Positions 1 to 10,378 of a stretch of DNA of 36,643 bases are shown here, one piece after another. The stretch is from a virus (lineage: Duplodnaviria; Caudoviricetes). Numbering within the stretch: position 1 is the stretch's first letter; the number at the start of each line of letters is the position of its first letter. The DNA is taken from the IMG/VR virus record IMGVR_UViG_3300010376_000084, positions 1 through 36,643 of that record. One strand, 5' to 3'. Below the pieces are notes generated by a model. It was not told the DNA's origin. It saw nothing but the letters and a program-made list of their open reading frames with translations, and searched no databases. The translations under genes were made by a program, and so were the position numbers.

Positions 1-122
1 ACTCCATCTATGCTTTGAACCAGTAAATCCTGCTGGTTGATGAAATAATTAAGAAAAGGAAAAGTTGTAGTTGAACCATCTGCTAGATAGAGTTGAGATG
101 AAGTTATTGATGTTACACTCAT
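1..122 (-). CDS. Tail fibre protein, N-terminal part (runs off window edge)
   Basis: Own translation from ATG at 122: MSVTSITSSQLYLADGSTTTFPFLNYF..., resembling the T7 gp17-type fibre N-terminus (DGSTTTF). Start overlaps the stop of the upstream gene; position after internal virion genes fits. Confidence 0.75.
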   Translation of the reverse strand, partial: MSVTSITSSQLYLADGSTTTFPFLNYFINQQDLLVQSIDG

Positions 123-2524
123 TTGGTTCCCGTTGGTATTTCACCGGCATTCTCACCGGAATGTTCTGCTAATACCCGTGCCTTCCATACAGGGTCAATT
201 TCAACCGGGTCAGGATGAATGTGTCGAGCGGCATTTACATCAGCATGGATATCAGGATAATTCTTAAAAATCTGTGCTCTAGCTCGGTGAAAATATTGGC
301 TGTGAACATCATCTAATCTTTTCTTTTTAATAAAATCATCTTGATTCTGGTAACTTGGACTGTTTATAGTGTCCTCTAAAGCATCATGTTGATTGCGACC
401 ATAGCCATCAGTTACCTGATTACCCATCAACTGCCGCCATTCATCTTGGACTTGTGGAGTCAATGGTACTGTATCATCTCCACGTTTATAAATGAAGTTA
501 GGTACATCACGGTGAGCTATACCAAGACGATAATGCTCAATCTCCACCGGGTCTAGTTGTTGGTTTCGATAGATTGGTACTGGACTAAGTTCGTTATAAG
601 CACGAATAGGTGCGGATAATAAATCTCCAGCCGTACCAGCCGTTGGTGGATAGACTATCTCACCCCATTGGTCACGCTTATATGGCAAAGTAGCCGAATA
701 GAAGGGGATGTTTTGCTTCATCTCTTCTATTTGGGTCTGTGCCTGATGTTCTCCTGGTGATATTACATGGTCTAACATTCTAACTGGAGCAGGTAAGAAT
801 CCAGTTGATTCACGACCGAGAAACTCGGTGAGTGCTTTAGTATTACCACGAGCAATTCCATCAGAAGCATGAACCAGGTTAGTAAAGAATTCCATGTAAT
901 CATTGTTCTGAATTATCTCGGCTGATAGTTTGATTCCAGCCTGGGCTAATTTATGCTGAACATTAGGGTCATTGGTCATGTAATAGGTTTCCCAAGCATC
1001 AGCAACATGGGCTAAGGTATCACCAAATGGTCCCAGGTGATTGAATCCATAGGAGTGCTCACCCATACGCCATGAATTAGGTCGATGTCGATAAGGCCAA
1101 TACTGTCTACCTGGTCCTTGTGGTCCATTACCTACCAGGGTTCCGTTTGCTACATAATGACCTAAGACACCCCAGGTTAGTGAGCCGAGTGCCCACTTAG
1201 CCATTGCTATATCTTGTTCAACTGCATCAGCACCACGAACACCACGCCAAAATGCTCCTGTTATCGGAGCCAAAGGACTAAGAAATAATCCTTCGGTCAT
1301 TAGGTTAACTGGTGTACGGGTATAGGGTAAAGCAATTCTAAGAATAGGATTTACATTGGCAAAGCTGGACATTGCCTTGGTCAGCTTAGTAGTGTCAGTA
1401 AAAGTGTAGCTGTGCATTAGATGAGTTACACGGTCAAACATTGCATCAGACATATGTGCCATTTGGTGTTCAGAATACTGTGTAGCAAAATGGTCGATAG
1501 TTCCCCAGCTTTTAAGCCCCATTCGTTCAGCTTCAGATAAACCTTCCTGATAGGTAATCATTCGTGAAGCGGCACGAAAGGCCAGTGTTTTACTAAACTG
1601 GTCGATGGCGGTAATTGAACGACGGCCAAGTCCACCTAAGGCACCAAGATAACGAAAAGCACTGCTATAGAGCTGGTCTGGATACTGCTCCATAGCGAAT
1701 CCAGCATTCTTTTCAAACTGACCTAAAAACTCTTGTTGAAATACTGGCTCATCTTCCCACATGCTTCTAGCAAGATATTTAAAACCATCTTTCAAAGCCT
1801 CTTGTTGTCCACGTACAGAAGCAACTAAAGTATTAATACCAGCTCTAGTGCCATATTCCATACCGACCCCGATGGCACGAAATAGAGTTTGTACCTGAGC
1901 ATTCAAAGCGTCAGTAATAGCTTTAGATAGAACTATTCGAGGATTCAGTAACTGAGCATTAATCAATGCCATCTGTGGATTCTTTAAATGAAATACCGCT
2001 CTATCATACATACTAATTTTATCTTTTAACGCGTCTTCAGTTGATGCTTGGAGAATTTTCTTTGCAATAGACTCAGCTCTATCAGTAGCTTCCTGCATTG
2101 ATTTAATTGCATCACGTCTAATCTCTTTATTCTTTAGAGCCTTCCTAACTGCATCTATTGCATTTGGCTCTTCACCTTTAGCTAAATCTATCAGAGTTTC
2201 TATACTACCAACAGAACCTGCGGCACCACCTAACATGTTACCAGCAAAATCAGCAACATCTTGGATGGTTGGATGATTAGGAGCCAAAAATTCTGCTGAT
2301 TTCCTTAATAACCAACCACCAGCAGTTGCACCTACAGTAGTTCCTGGAAAAGCCATTAAGCTGTAAATGAATAACTGTTCGTTAAAGGACAGGGGTTTAG
2401 TAATAAATCCTTTAATACCTTGCTCTTGGTAAGCCTGAGATAAAGATTCATCTTCAGTCAAACCTTTACGCTGATTACTGGCTAATTCACTAGCTTGTAG
2501 GTAGTGGTCGTCAGCTTCACTCAT
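119..2524 (-). CDS. Large internal virion (ejection) protein
   Basis: 801 aa, last gene of the internal-virion block before the fibre; LPYTRTPVNL and RDQWGE-type motifs resemble large polyvalent podovirus virion proteins. Confidence 0.65.
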   Translation of the reverse strand: MSEADDHYLQASELASNQRKGLTEDESLSQAYQEQGIKGFITKPLSFNEQLFIYSLMAFPGTTVGATAGGWLLRKSAEFLAPNHPTIQDVADFAGNMLGGAAGSVGSIETLIDLAKGEEPNAIDAVRKALKNKEIRRDAIKSMQEATDRAESIAKKILQASTEDALKDKISMYDRAVFHLKNPQMALINAQLLNPRIVLSKAITDALNAQVQTLFRAIGVGMEYGTRAGINTLVASVRGQQEALKDGFKYLARSMWEDEPVFQQEFLGQFEKNAGFAMEQYPDQLYSSAFRYLGALGGLGRRSITAIDQFSKTLAFRAASRMITYQEGLSEAERMGLKSWGTIDHFATQYSEHQMAHMSDAMFDRVTHLMHSYTFTDTTKLTKAMSSFANVNPILRIALPYTRTPVNLMTEGLFLSPLAPITGAFWRGVRGADAVEQDIAMAKWALGSLTWGVLGHYVANGTLVGNGPQGPGRQYWPYRHRPNSWRMGEHSYGFNHLGPFGDTLAHVADAWETYYMTNDPNVQHKLAQAGIKLSAEIIQNNDYMEFFTNLVHASDGIARGNTKALTEFLGRESTGFLPAPVRMLDHVISPGEHQAQTQIEEMKQNIPFYSATLPYKRDQWGEIVYPPTAGTAGDLLSAPIRAYNELSPVPIYRNQQLDPVEIEHYRLGIAHRDVPNFIYKRGDDTVPLTPQVQDEWRQLMGNQVTDGYGRNQHDALEDTINSPSYQNQDDFIKKKRLDDVHSQYFHRARAQIFKNYPDIHADVNAARHIHPDPVEIDPVWKARVLAEHSGENAGEIPTGTK

Positions 2525-4347
2525 TTTAATTCATCTTCTTCAGTATAGCCTGGGGTCGGTTCGGCTCTCATCTCAGCTTCAGGTTCACCACCTACCATTG
2601 GTTTAATTTCAGCTCCACCACCTGCTGGTGCATTATGTATTTCAGTTGGTGCATTGTGGATATGAACTGTAGGGGTTATATGGACTGTTGGAACTGCTGT
2701 GGGTTCGTCGGATATTATTTTAGTGCCACCTGCACTTTCTATAGTAGGTGGTGCACTACCGTGTCCTAGATAACCTATTGGATGACCATCTATATATTCA
2801 CCTTTAAATCCTGGTGGTGTAGCGTATGCACCTGGAGTCGGTTCAGGTGCTGGAATTGGTTCGGCCGAAGGTGTTGGTCCAGTAGCTTCAGGTGTTGGCT
2901 TAGGTATTAGCTTAGGTGTTGGAGTTGTCGTTGGTGCAGTTGATTCCTTGGGTAGATATGGTTGAACCTTCTTCAGCATCTGTTTTATTTGTGGAGGTAT
3001 TGGTCGGCCACGACGAACAAATGCCTTAGCCATTGCATCAATATCAGGAGCAAAATGTTTATAGATAGACTGCAAACTGTCGTTTAGTATTTTATATTTC
3101 TCTGATATATCTTTAGCTGTTTTGAGCGATGCCTTTAATTCGTTCTCTGAATCAATATATAGCTGTTTATTTTCATCGTATGAAGTACCAAAGTCAGGGT
3201 CTAAAGTAGCAAATTCTTCTCGATATCTACTTGCTAGGTCAACGTCTTCTTTGCCGCTAACAGTGCCAAGCTCTTTCTTATATTGGTCAACTTCATTTTT
3301 AATCGCTGCCCTAGTTGTTGGAGTCATCGTAGCTGTATCTAGCTTATGAGCCTCCCAATCAGCTAAATCATGCAGGTTAGTAATTGTATGCATGTCAGCA
3401 ACAAAATTATCCACGATACCAGTATCAACCTCAGGGCTTGGTACAAAGCCTGATACCACTGTTTTAGCTTTCTCTGGTGAACCACCATTCTTAATAAATT
3501 GTTGAGGAGTCTGTTGACCTTTTACCAGTCTATCATAATTTTGAGCTTGTCTTTGGGTATATTCCTGATTACCCTTCATTAATACCTGGTTTTGATAATG
3601 CAGTAATTTCTCATTTAAATTCTGCAACTCTTGCGGGTGTAAACCAGAGTTCTCCGGTGTTAAATTCATTAAAGCTTGTTCAGACTGTAAATTAGGATTA
3701 ACTGGATGAGTAGCCTGTTCAAGTAAATAATTAGCCTGTTCTAATTTAGTGTCGTGCAGGAAAGTAGTTTTAGCAAGTGCTGCTTCATTAGGAGAGATTA
3801 ACCCCGACTGAGCTTCACGGTCAATTGCATCCAATCCATTCTTTAACAGGGCATGGCTTTCGGCATCTGATTTAGCTAAAGCAGCAGTCTTGCTGAGATT
3901 TTTAAGGTAAGCCTTAAAATCAGCCGCATGTTGGTGAGTTAGGTCAGTAACACCCTTCAAGTAGTATTGACGCTTATAGTGTGAAGCAGCTACTCCAATA
4001 GTTTTAGCTACTGTTGGAGACATACCTGGATATTGTTTATTCAATCCATCGACAATACTATTAACACCCTCTGTATACATCCGACTTCGAGTCGGTATAT
4101 CTTGGATATTGATAAGATTAGTTTCTAAAGCATCAACCTGGTTCGCGAAATCTAACTGAGCCTGGTCTCCAGCTAACGATTCACGTTGTTTCATAATAGC
4201 AGCTAACAACGTGCTAGCTCGATGTAACGTAGCATCAGTCTGTTGGGCAGACCGCTGTATTTCTTCCTGTACCGGAGTAGAGGATGGAAACGACGGAGAG
4301 GGACCAACGAATTGTCGGTGCTCAGGAGCTATTTCAAGTTCAGCCAC
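2521..4347 (-). CDS. Internal virion (ejection) protein with Pro/Thr-rich C-terminus
   Basis: 608 aa, helical and Gln-rich; synteny equivalent to T7 gp15; PTP/PEP low-complexity tail. Confidence 0.55.
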   Translation of the reverse strand: MAELEIAPEHRQFVGPSPSFPSSTPVQEEIQRSAQQTDATLHRASTLLAAIMKQRESLAGDQAQLDFANQVDALETNLINIQDIPTRSRMYTEGVNSIVDGLNKQYPGMSPTVAKTIGVAASHYKRQYYLKGVTDLTHQHAADFKAYLKNLSKTAALAKSDAESHALLKNGLDAIDREAQSGLISPNEAALAKTTFLHDTKLEQANYLLEQATHPVNPNLQSEQALMNLTPENSGLHPQELQNLNEKLLHYQNQVLMKGNQEYTQRQAQNYDRLVKGQQTPQQFIKNGGSPEKAKTVVSGFVPSPEVDTGIVDNFVADMHTITNLHDLADWEAHKLDTATMTPTTRAAIKNEVDQYKKELGTVSGKEDVDLASRYREEFATLDPDFGTSYDENKQLYIDSENELKASLKTAKDISEKYKILNDSLQSIYKHFAPDIDAMAKAFVRRGRPIPPQIKQMLKKVQPYLPKESTAPTTTPTPKLIPKPTPEATGPTPSAEPIPAPEPTPGAYATPPGFKGEYIDGHPIGYLGHGSAPPTIESAGGTKIISDEPTAVPTVHITPTVHIHNAPTEIHNAPAGGGAEIKPMVGGEPEAEMRAEPTPGYTEEDELK

Positions 4348-4907
4348 TAGGGATTACCAGGGGTTAAACCATATGAATTAGTTCTAGAATGCAAAGCCCA
4401 GGCATCAATGCCAGATGAAATTGCTCCGGTGGTTCCAGTAACAATTGCACCCATAGTTGCTGCTTGAGCTTCTTGCTGAGCTTCACCTACATCAATCTGC
4501 CCTTGATAATAAAGGTTAGTTGACTGTATGTTAGCCGCATACTTGGCATACATATCATTCAACCGAGCTTCATCAACCGAAGTAGCTTCTACAGTAGCAG
4601 GTGAACCTTCTTCAGTTATACCTGAAGCACCTGTACCTGCTCTCATTGAAGATATAATATGTGCTGCTTTGTAATCTTGTTCAGCTATCTGTGCTCCAGC
4701 TTGTTGTTGAACCTGTTGAGCTTGGATAGTTAAAGCTCCAGCCTGTCGGCCAGCTACTTCTTTAGCAAATTGACCTTGATTATATTGGGCAAGTCCCTGA
4801 ATTACTGATGCTGCTGTACCTAATCCAAACGTACCACCAGCCATTACGGTTGAAGCTGATGGCGTAACTTTTGATAAGGCTGTTGATAATACCGTTAAAA
4901 ATGACAT
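4347..4907 (-). CDS. Internal virion protein (T7 gp14-like)
   Basis: 186 aa Ala/Gly/Gln-rich with GASGI..EGSP motif typical of this family; synteny. Confidence 0.65.
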   Translation of the reverse strand: MSFLTVLSTALSKVTPSASTVMAGGTFGLGTAASVIQGLAQYNQGQFAKEVAGRQAGALTIQAQQVQQQAGAQIAEQDYKAAHIISSMRAGTGASGITEEGSPATVEATSVDEARLNDMYAKYAANIQSTNLYYQGQIDVGEAQQEAQAATMGAIVTGTTGAISSGIDAWALHSRTNSYGLTPGNP

Positions 4908-5323
4908 TATTTCACCAGTGCATAGAGATAGTAATCCGATTTATCTGGACCATATTTCCGTAGCATACCTTCACGCTGAAATCCAAGATACTGAATGAAG
5001 TCAATATCAACTATTCTCTTGGAGCTAATTGTAGCCTGAATTCTATGAGCAGATAGCTCTTTAAATCGCTGTTTAATAAACCTTACCATTTGAATTTTAT
5101 GTTGATAAGCTATATCCGATGATTTAACGGCTAACCAGGCTTCAAATACACCTGACCAATATCGTCTAAAGCCACCACAGCCTAATACGAAAAAATTACC
5201 GTTAGTAGCAGTCCAGGATAATGATTCATCTATATCATCGATAAAGGGAACTTCAAATTTAACCACAGCATCTTTATCTATTACCTGGAACAAGTCTCCC
5301 TTAAGATACTGTCTAAATGTCAT
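4907..5323 (-). CDS. GNAT-fold acetyltransferase-like protein (T7 gp13 position)
   Basis: HRIQATI...YLGFQREGMLRKYG GNAT-like C-terminus; directly downstream of tail tubular B. Confidence 0.7.
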   Translation of the reverse strand: MTFRQYLKGDLFQVIDKDAVVKFEVPFIDDIDESLSWTATNGNFFVLGCGGFRRYWSGVFEAWLAVKSSDIAYQHKIQMVRFIKQRFKELSAHRIQATISSKRIVDIDFIQYLGFQREGMLRKYGPDKSDYYLYALVK

Positions 5324-7725
5324 ACTTCACCGACTTCAATTGGTCCAAATACCCCTAAGATGTGTGCTGGTAATGGGTAGGACTGCACCAATACTATTCG
5401 TCCATCACGGTCAAAACCCAAGTTATTCACTTGTACGTCACCAGTTACAGCGGGATTACCAACCATTAACGTTGTATCTAGATTCATGAAATATACTTCT
5501 TGACCATTGATAAACAAGCCTACAGTGTAGTATAACCTAGCCCATAACTTCAGCCACCGTTTATACAGTCCCTGGATTGTAGCTCGTGGCTCAGGTCTAG
5601 TTGTCACAGCAGTTGAGGTATAGGCTAAGCCTAATTGAACAACTTTACCTGTTAAACCTGGCGGAAATGTATAGATACCAGTCCCTGACATAGTTATGGT
5701 AGGTAACACCATACCGTCCACTGTTCCTGTCACTGGTCTACCAGTTAAATAGCCAAAGCCAGAAACACTAGATACAGGACTGCTAAATGAATTATACAGT
5801 CCACAATCAACATTCATGTAACTGGTCAATATTTCAATCGACCAGCGAGTAGCTGATTCTCGTTGCCGCTGTACCAATAACCAAGTTTCATCAGTTGTAC
5901 CTTGATTAACTGTTATAGTAGCCGCACTAATTACTTTGTCGTTAGTGTCGGTTCCAGTTTGGTGTCGATGCCATGCCCACACATCGTTATCTTTGTCATA
6001 GGTCAAACCAATCAAGTCACCAGCTAAATCAACAAACCAAAGAATCTTGAATGGTCGTTTCTGATAGGTAAACTCTTTAAAGCCAACATCAGCTATGAAA
6101 GAGTTAAGTACATTCAAGTCACGGCTACCGAATGAACTAGTAACAGCATTAAAAGCAAACTGGTAAGCATTCAGCTTAGCTTTCTGAATAAAGATTAAAT
6201 CATTATCTACCAATAATGGTTGAATGGATGCTACGCCGTAGCTTGATTGAGTAATGACGTTAATGTTCTGTGGAGTGATAGGAGCACCGGAACTAATAAT
6301 CTGTTGACCAGCTCCACCATTGATGATATATTCGTTCTCAACTCCACCCGCTACAATACTGCCTTGAAACACCGTCATCCAATGAATATGTTCAAAAGTG
6401 CCACTGTTAATAGTAAATCTGACTCCCTCATCAGCTAAGGAGCCAAGAGCGAAATTTTCATAATCACCAACATTGCTACCCCATACAGTATTGGGATTAC
6501 TTCCCATCGTGCCAGCAAAATATAATCTATCACCATATAGAGTTACCGCATGAGGATAGTTACCTGGACCAAAGGCCGAAGCTTCTAACCACCAACTACC
6601 AGGTGGTGCCGGAGCAACTAAAGGATTACCCCAGGCATTTTGCTCAGTGACAGTAGTTATATTTATTATATTAACATTGACCGTAGTTGAATTAAGGACA
6701 TTGACTATTTGTGCATAGCCGCCATCAAAGTTGACAAATAACCCATTGTCAATTTGGCGAAAGGCATCAGTGAATCCATCGTTATACTGTACGTCTACAT
6801 ACGCGGAACCTGTACTACGCTGCCAGGAATGGTCAGTTGGATGTGCCGTGGTACTGCGTACTTGGAATCCGCCACCAAAACCTTGTGGTCCTCTACCTGA
6901 CCAAAGATTTTTAGGTGGAGTTCCTGTACCATCGAAACTACCTGGTGAAAAGAAAGCATTAGGTCCACCACGTAAGAACCAACTACCATGAGCATAACTA
7001 GTAGTATCAAAAGCACTAGTTACAGTAGTGACTACCTGAGTGTGTAATGTAGCTCCGGTGCCCCCATCAGTTGCAGTAGTATCACTTGGACCATAGCCGT
7101 TAATGAAGCCAATACCAGTACCAGCTATGACAGCTTTACCTATATCACCATCAATAAATACAGGACTACTAGCTGTAACTATATCTCCGCCGGTTATTGT
7201 AATATTAGCTCCCTTGGCAGTACCCACGTCTTGGTCAGCCTGGATAGCTGGCGGTGAGTAAAAAGTTAATGGGATATATTGCCAATTGGTATCAGATAAT
7301 CTGACCAGCTTAGCTGGCGGATGATTCGGATGGCACAGGTACATAGTGCTGTAGTTCTGTACATAATGAATATCCCATAATTCAGAAGTAGCGTAAGGTG
7401 TACCTACTTGATAAGGCACATTTGGTGGTGGCGCTGGTAACTGGATTTGTCCATCATTGAAATAGAACTGAATTAAATTATTACCGAATTCAAGAATATA
7501 TTTGGCAGTTGCACTGAAGGAAAAAGGAATAAGTCTATCAGGTCCAGTCGTATCGATAATATATCGAGTACCCCAACGTTTCTGAATTCCACCTTCAACA
7601 CGAACAAAGAAATTAATAATAGATTCACAGCCATTGTGGTACTTAGCCATATCAGACCTTCCCAATAGGAAAGGACTGATTTCACCACCTGTGAAACTAT
7701 TCCGTATTAATTCAGTTTTAGGCAT
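5320..7725 (-). CDS. Tail tubular protein B / nozzle (T7 gp12, P22 gp10-like)
   Basis: N-terminal SFTGGEISP..GR.D...Y, GGIQKRWGT, RLIPFSFS and AWHRH motifs; 801 aa. Confidence 0.9.
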   Translation of the reverse strand: MPKTELIRNSFTGGEISPFLLGRSDMAKYHNGCESIINFFVRVEGGIQKRWGTRYIIDTTGPDRLIPFSFSATAKYILEFGNNLIQFYFNDGQIQLPAPPPNVPYQVGTPYATSELWDIHYVQNYSTMYLCHPNHPPAKLVRLSDTNWQYIPLTFYSPPAIQADQDVGTAKGANITITGGDIVTASSPVFIDGDIGKAVIAGTGIGFINGYGPSDTTATDGGTGATLHTQVVTTVTSAFDTTSYAHGSWFLRGGPNAFFSPGSFDGTGTPPKNLWSGRGPQGFGGGFQVRSTTAHPTDHSWQRSTGSAYVDVQYNDGFTDAFRQIDNGLFVNFDGGYAQIVNVLNSTTVNVNIINITTVTEQNAWGNPLVAPAPPGSWWLEASAFGPGNYPHAVTLYGDRLYFAGTMGSNPNTVWGSNVGDYENFALGSLADEGVRFTINSGTFEHIHWMTVFQGSIVAGGVENEYIINGGAGQQIISSGAPITPQNINVITQSSYGVASIQPLLVDNDLIFIQKAKLNAYQFAFNAVTSSFGSRDLNVLNSFIADVGFKEFTYQKRPFKILWFVDLAGDLIGLTYDKDNDVWAWHRHQTGTDTNDKVISAATITVNQGTTDETWLLVQRQRESATRWSIEILTSYMNVDCGLYNSFSSPVSSVSGFGYLTGRPVTGTVDGMVLPTITMSGTGIYTFPPGLTGKVVQLGLAYTSTAVTTRPEPRATIQGLYKRWLKLWARLYYTVGLFINGQEVYFMNLDTTLMVGNPAVTGDVQVNNLGFDRDGRIVLVQSYPLPAHILGVFGPIEVGEV

Positions 7726-8516
7726 CAGTAACCTTCAATTGTGACCCCGATATATCCGTAACGCACTGAATTAAGGTCAGAATCCCAAAATGGGTCAGGC
7801 CAATTCTCAATACCGTTAAGTGAAGCTGCATCTTTCATTATGTCATCATATTCAGTTTTAGCCATTTGGTACGCTTGCATCAGGCCAGTAATGCCAAAGG
7901 CCATTTCCTTCATTAACTTAAATACGAAAGCTTGACGAAAAGTAGTATCCCAACGGTCAGGGTCAGTAATTCGACTGATATATTCCAAGCCAACAGTAAC
8001 AGGAGAACCAATAGTACCTTGAGTTGGCACATTGTCTGAACCATTACTGTTAGATGGTTCCAGTCCCAATAATACTCCAACAGTAGATGGTGGTACTGCA
8101 TCAGTATAAATTCGCCTACCGACAATTCTCCAATGGGCATCTTTAGGTGAGAATCGAAATACACGAATACAGTCAATCGGTAACTGATAGGCATGACTAT
8201 AAGTTACTAAGCCAGGTCCATCACTTGCCGTTGGAATAATATCCATATTCAAAGGTACATCAGTCAACGATGCCAAAGCTGACCATGAACGAGCAAAATT
8301 CCACGGTTGCCGACGTAACAGGTCGTCACGACTTCGATTATATGATGCTTGTAGAATTAAACCAGTACCAGAATTTTGACCAAATGCAGTAATTGGTGTC
8401 TGCCCTAACTGGATTAAAGCAGTATTGACTATATCAATATCAGTCTCAGCAATCCTAGTGCCTTCAGAACCACTGATTTGACCTGGATAATGTGGTGGAG
8501 GAAATCCAGCACCCAT
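7725..8516 (-). CDS. Tail tubular protein A / adaptor (T7 gp11-like)
   Basis: DIVNTALIQLG...I, PWNFA and YQLP.DC.RV motifs. Confidence 0.88.
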   Translation of the reverse strand: MGAGFPPPHYPGQISGSEGTRIAETDIDIVNTALIQLGQTPITAFGQNSGTGLILQASYNRSRDDLLRRQPWNFARSWSALASLTDVPLNMDIIPTASDGPGLVTYSHAYQLPIDCIRVFRFSPKDAHWRIVGRRIYTDAVPPSTVGVLLGLEPSNSNGSDNVPTQGTIGSPVTVGLEYISRITDPDRWDTTFRQAFVFKLMKEMAFGITGLMQAYQMAKTEYDDIMKDAASLNGIENWPDPFWDSDLNSVRYGYIGVTIEGY

Positions 8517-8527
8517 AAATTATCCTT

Positions 8528-8587
8528 TAGGGAAGAAGAAAGTTTGCACGAGTTAGAGATGGAATAACTCTTCTTTCTCCTTCCCTA
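8528..8587 (-). terminator. Long stem-loop after the capsid/decoration genes (terminator, attenuator or RNase III-type site)
   Basis: On the mRNA strand TAGGGAAGGAGAAAG pairs with CTTTCTTCTTCCCTA (15 bp, one G-U), with an inner GAGTTA/TAACTC stem; no poly-U tail. Confidence 0.5.
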
Positions 8588-8617
8588 GTGTGGGGAATGC
8601 GGTGAATCCGCTACGGA

Positions 8618-8671
8618 CTAATAACGTGCGTGACGACCACCACGTTTACGTCCGCGTTTATTGCGCTCCAT
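8618..8671 (-). CDS. Arg-rich micropeptide MERNKRGRKRGGRHARY (17 aa)
   Basis: AAGGAGG Shine-Dalgarno 7 nt before ATG; lies in the capsid operon; absent from the ORF track. Confidence 0.55.
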   Translation of the reverse strand: MERNKRGRKRGGRHARY

Positions 8672-8724
8672 AGGTCTGCCTCCTTTTTAGATTTTCTTGC
8701 CGGACCACATAACAGCAAGAATGA

Positions 8725-9288
8725 TTAATTACCTTCTTCAACTACCATGATGAAACCTGTTAAGGTTGCACCAGCAGCAGGTGTACCGCCAGCCACAGTA
8801 GCTGTAATCCAGATTTTATCTGAACCAAACATCGGAATCAAGTTACCAGTAGTCTGGTCGCCAAGTGGGTCAGCACCAACCTGTTCGGTCATGTTGGTGT
8901 CAAGGTCATAACTACCAGCCGCCGCTACTGAAGTAGCAGCCTTATAATGCACTGCATCGGTATTAGCTGCATTGTTCTTATCTAACTTGCCGACTGAAAG
9001 AGTCAAACCAGCCGTCCAAGCATTAAAATATAGCCGACCGAAATAAATTCTCTCAGTAGGATTTAGCCAGGCTAATACTAACGTATCACCCGCAGCCATT
9101 ACACCAGAAGCACCGCCAGGTAGTGGGTTTAAAGCTGCATTTTCTACCGTAAAGCGGTAGACTTTAAAGATGCCACGAACTTCAGTTGCACGTGGAAATA
9201 CTGGACCGCCAGCTATACCAGCAGTCGCAGTACCACCAAGTACACCAGAATAAATCGTGTTGATTTGGTCACTAATCCAGCTTGGCAT
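8725..9288 (-). CDS. Capsid decoration/cement-like protein
   Basis: 187 aa, beta-rich, immediately downstream of the major capsid gene. Confidence 0.6.
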   Translation of the reverse strand: MPSWISDQINTIYSGVLGGTATAGIAGGPVFPRATEVRGIFKVYRFTVENAALNPLPGGASGVMAAGDTLVLAWLNPTERIYFGRLYFNAWTAGLTLSVGKLDKNNAANTDAVHYKAATSVAAAGSYDLDTNMTEQVGADPLGDQTTGNLIPMFGSDKIWITATVAGGTPAAGATLTGFIMVVEEGN

Positions 9289-9290
9289 GA

Positions 9291-10283
9291 TTACACCTCC
9301 GCCACTGGAGCCACGACGACTTTAGGCTCTTCAATTCGAGTAGCACCCATAACCATTTCCATATAGATTTGGGTAGAGAAAGACATATCGGGTCGTTTCG
9401 CTATCTCAGTCAATACATCTTCCTGGAGTGCATAACCAATACCTGCTCGTGCCCAAGCAACTACCATACGATTACCAGCAGTCGATACACCACCAATTGG
9501 TGCATAGGTAATACCTAGTGCTGATGCAGTATTAACTACAGGGATACGATTGGACATAATAAACTTAAATCCCATGTAGGTATCAACTGCACCTTCAGCC
9601 AATGCCTTAACCGTGTTGTAGTCTGCACTGGTTACTTGAACAAAGGTCAATAGATTCTTTAGGTTAGCTGGACTAACCAAGATGAATCGTTCCTCATCAG
9701 GGTCAACATCTTGAGCATCAAACAGATACTTAATCTGTCGTAACCTTTGTGGTGATAAGGTTGAAGCATCATTAGTGCCACCAGTTGGACCATTATTGAT
9801 GGTCAAATCGTTGGCAATGGCTGTGTTAGCCACATACTGGCCAGTGGTTAACGGTCCACCAGTGGACGGCAAAGTTACACCAGTAGCACCGTCAGGTCCA
9901 CTAAGGGCAGTACCAAACATCGCTGCGATAATAATATCGTCAGTTACCCGACCAAAAGCATTTTGGGCAGCAATAGCATACTCAGATTCAGGATTGATTA
10001 GAATCTTTAGCTTATCGTCATTATCGACTAAATCACCCCACTGATAGGTGTTCATTGACACCCTACGTCTAGAGTGAGGAGTCGAAATGAGTGGAGTAGG
10101 AGAATGACGGGACTGTTTAACTTGAACCGCAGTCGCACCGATTCTTTCGTAATAGTAATTTAGTCCAACGATATTAGGCGTAGTACGAACTGTCGAACGT
10201 AAGCGACTACCTTTCTGTTGAGAAAGGTGTATAACGTTATTCCTATATTGTTGAACGAATGCCTGAGTAATCGTGAAGGACAC
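9291..10283 (-). CDS. Major capsid protein
   Basis: ITQAFVQQY, LSQQKGSRLR, TPHSRRRV, VTSADYNTVKAL..G.VDTYMGFKFI and GATRIEE motifs of BPP-1/pelagiphage-type capsids; GGAGG RBS. Confidence 0.93.
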   Translation of the reverse strand: MSFTITQAFVQQYRNNVIHLSQQKGSRLRSTVRTTPNIVGLNYYYERIGATAVQVKQSRHSPTPLISTPHSRRRVSMNTYQWGDLVDNDDKLKILINPESEYAIAAQNAFGRVTDDIIIAAMFGTALSGPDGATGVTLPSTGGPLTTGQYVANTAIANDLTINNGPTGGTNDASTLSPQRLRQIKYLFDAQDVDPDEERFILVSPANLKNLLTFVQVTSADYNTVKALAEGAVDTYMGFKFIMSNRIPVVNTASALGITYAPIGGVSTAGNRMVVAWARAGIGYALQEDVLTEIAKRPDMSFSTQIYMEMVMGATRIEEPKVVVAPVAEV

Positions 10284-10297
10284 ATTGACCTCCGGTA

Positions 10298-10378
10298 ATG
10301 TCCTATCACGGCTTTGTCCCTTTCAGGAGCCATAGGTTAAAGCGATTAAGTCAAACGGTCCCCGCCTCAGGTTCTCCG
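10298..10378 (-). promoter_or_regulatory. Structured capsid mRNA leader (two bulged hairpins)
   Basis: CGG-AGAA-CC..GG-GGA-CCG and GGC-TCC-TGAAAG-GGA-CAAA-GCC upstream of the capsid RBS. Confidence 0.35.

Noticed and set aside
9285-9320. T7 gp10B-like capsid frameshift
   Set aside because: No slippery heptamer seen near the capsid stop; the next gene has its own GGAGG RBS.
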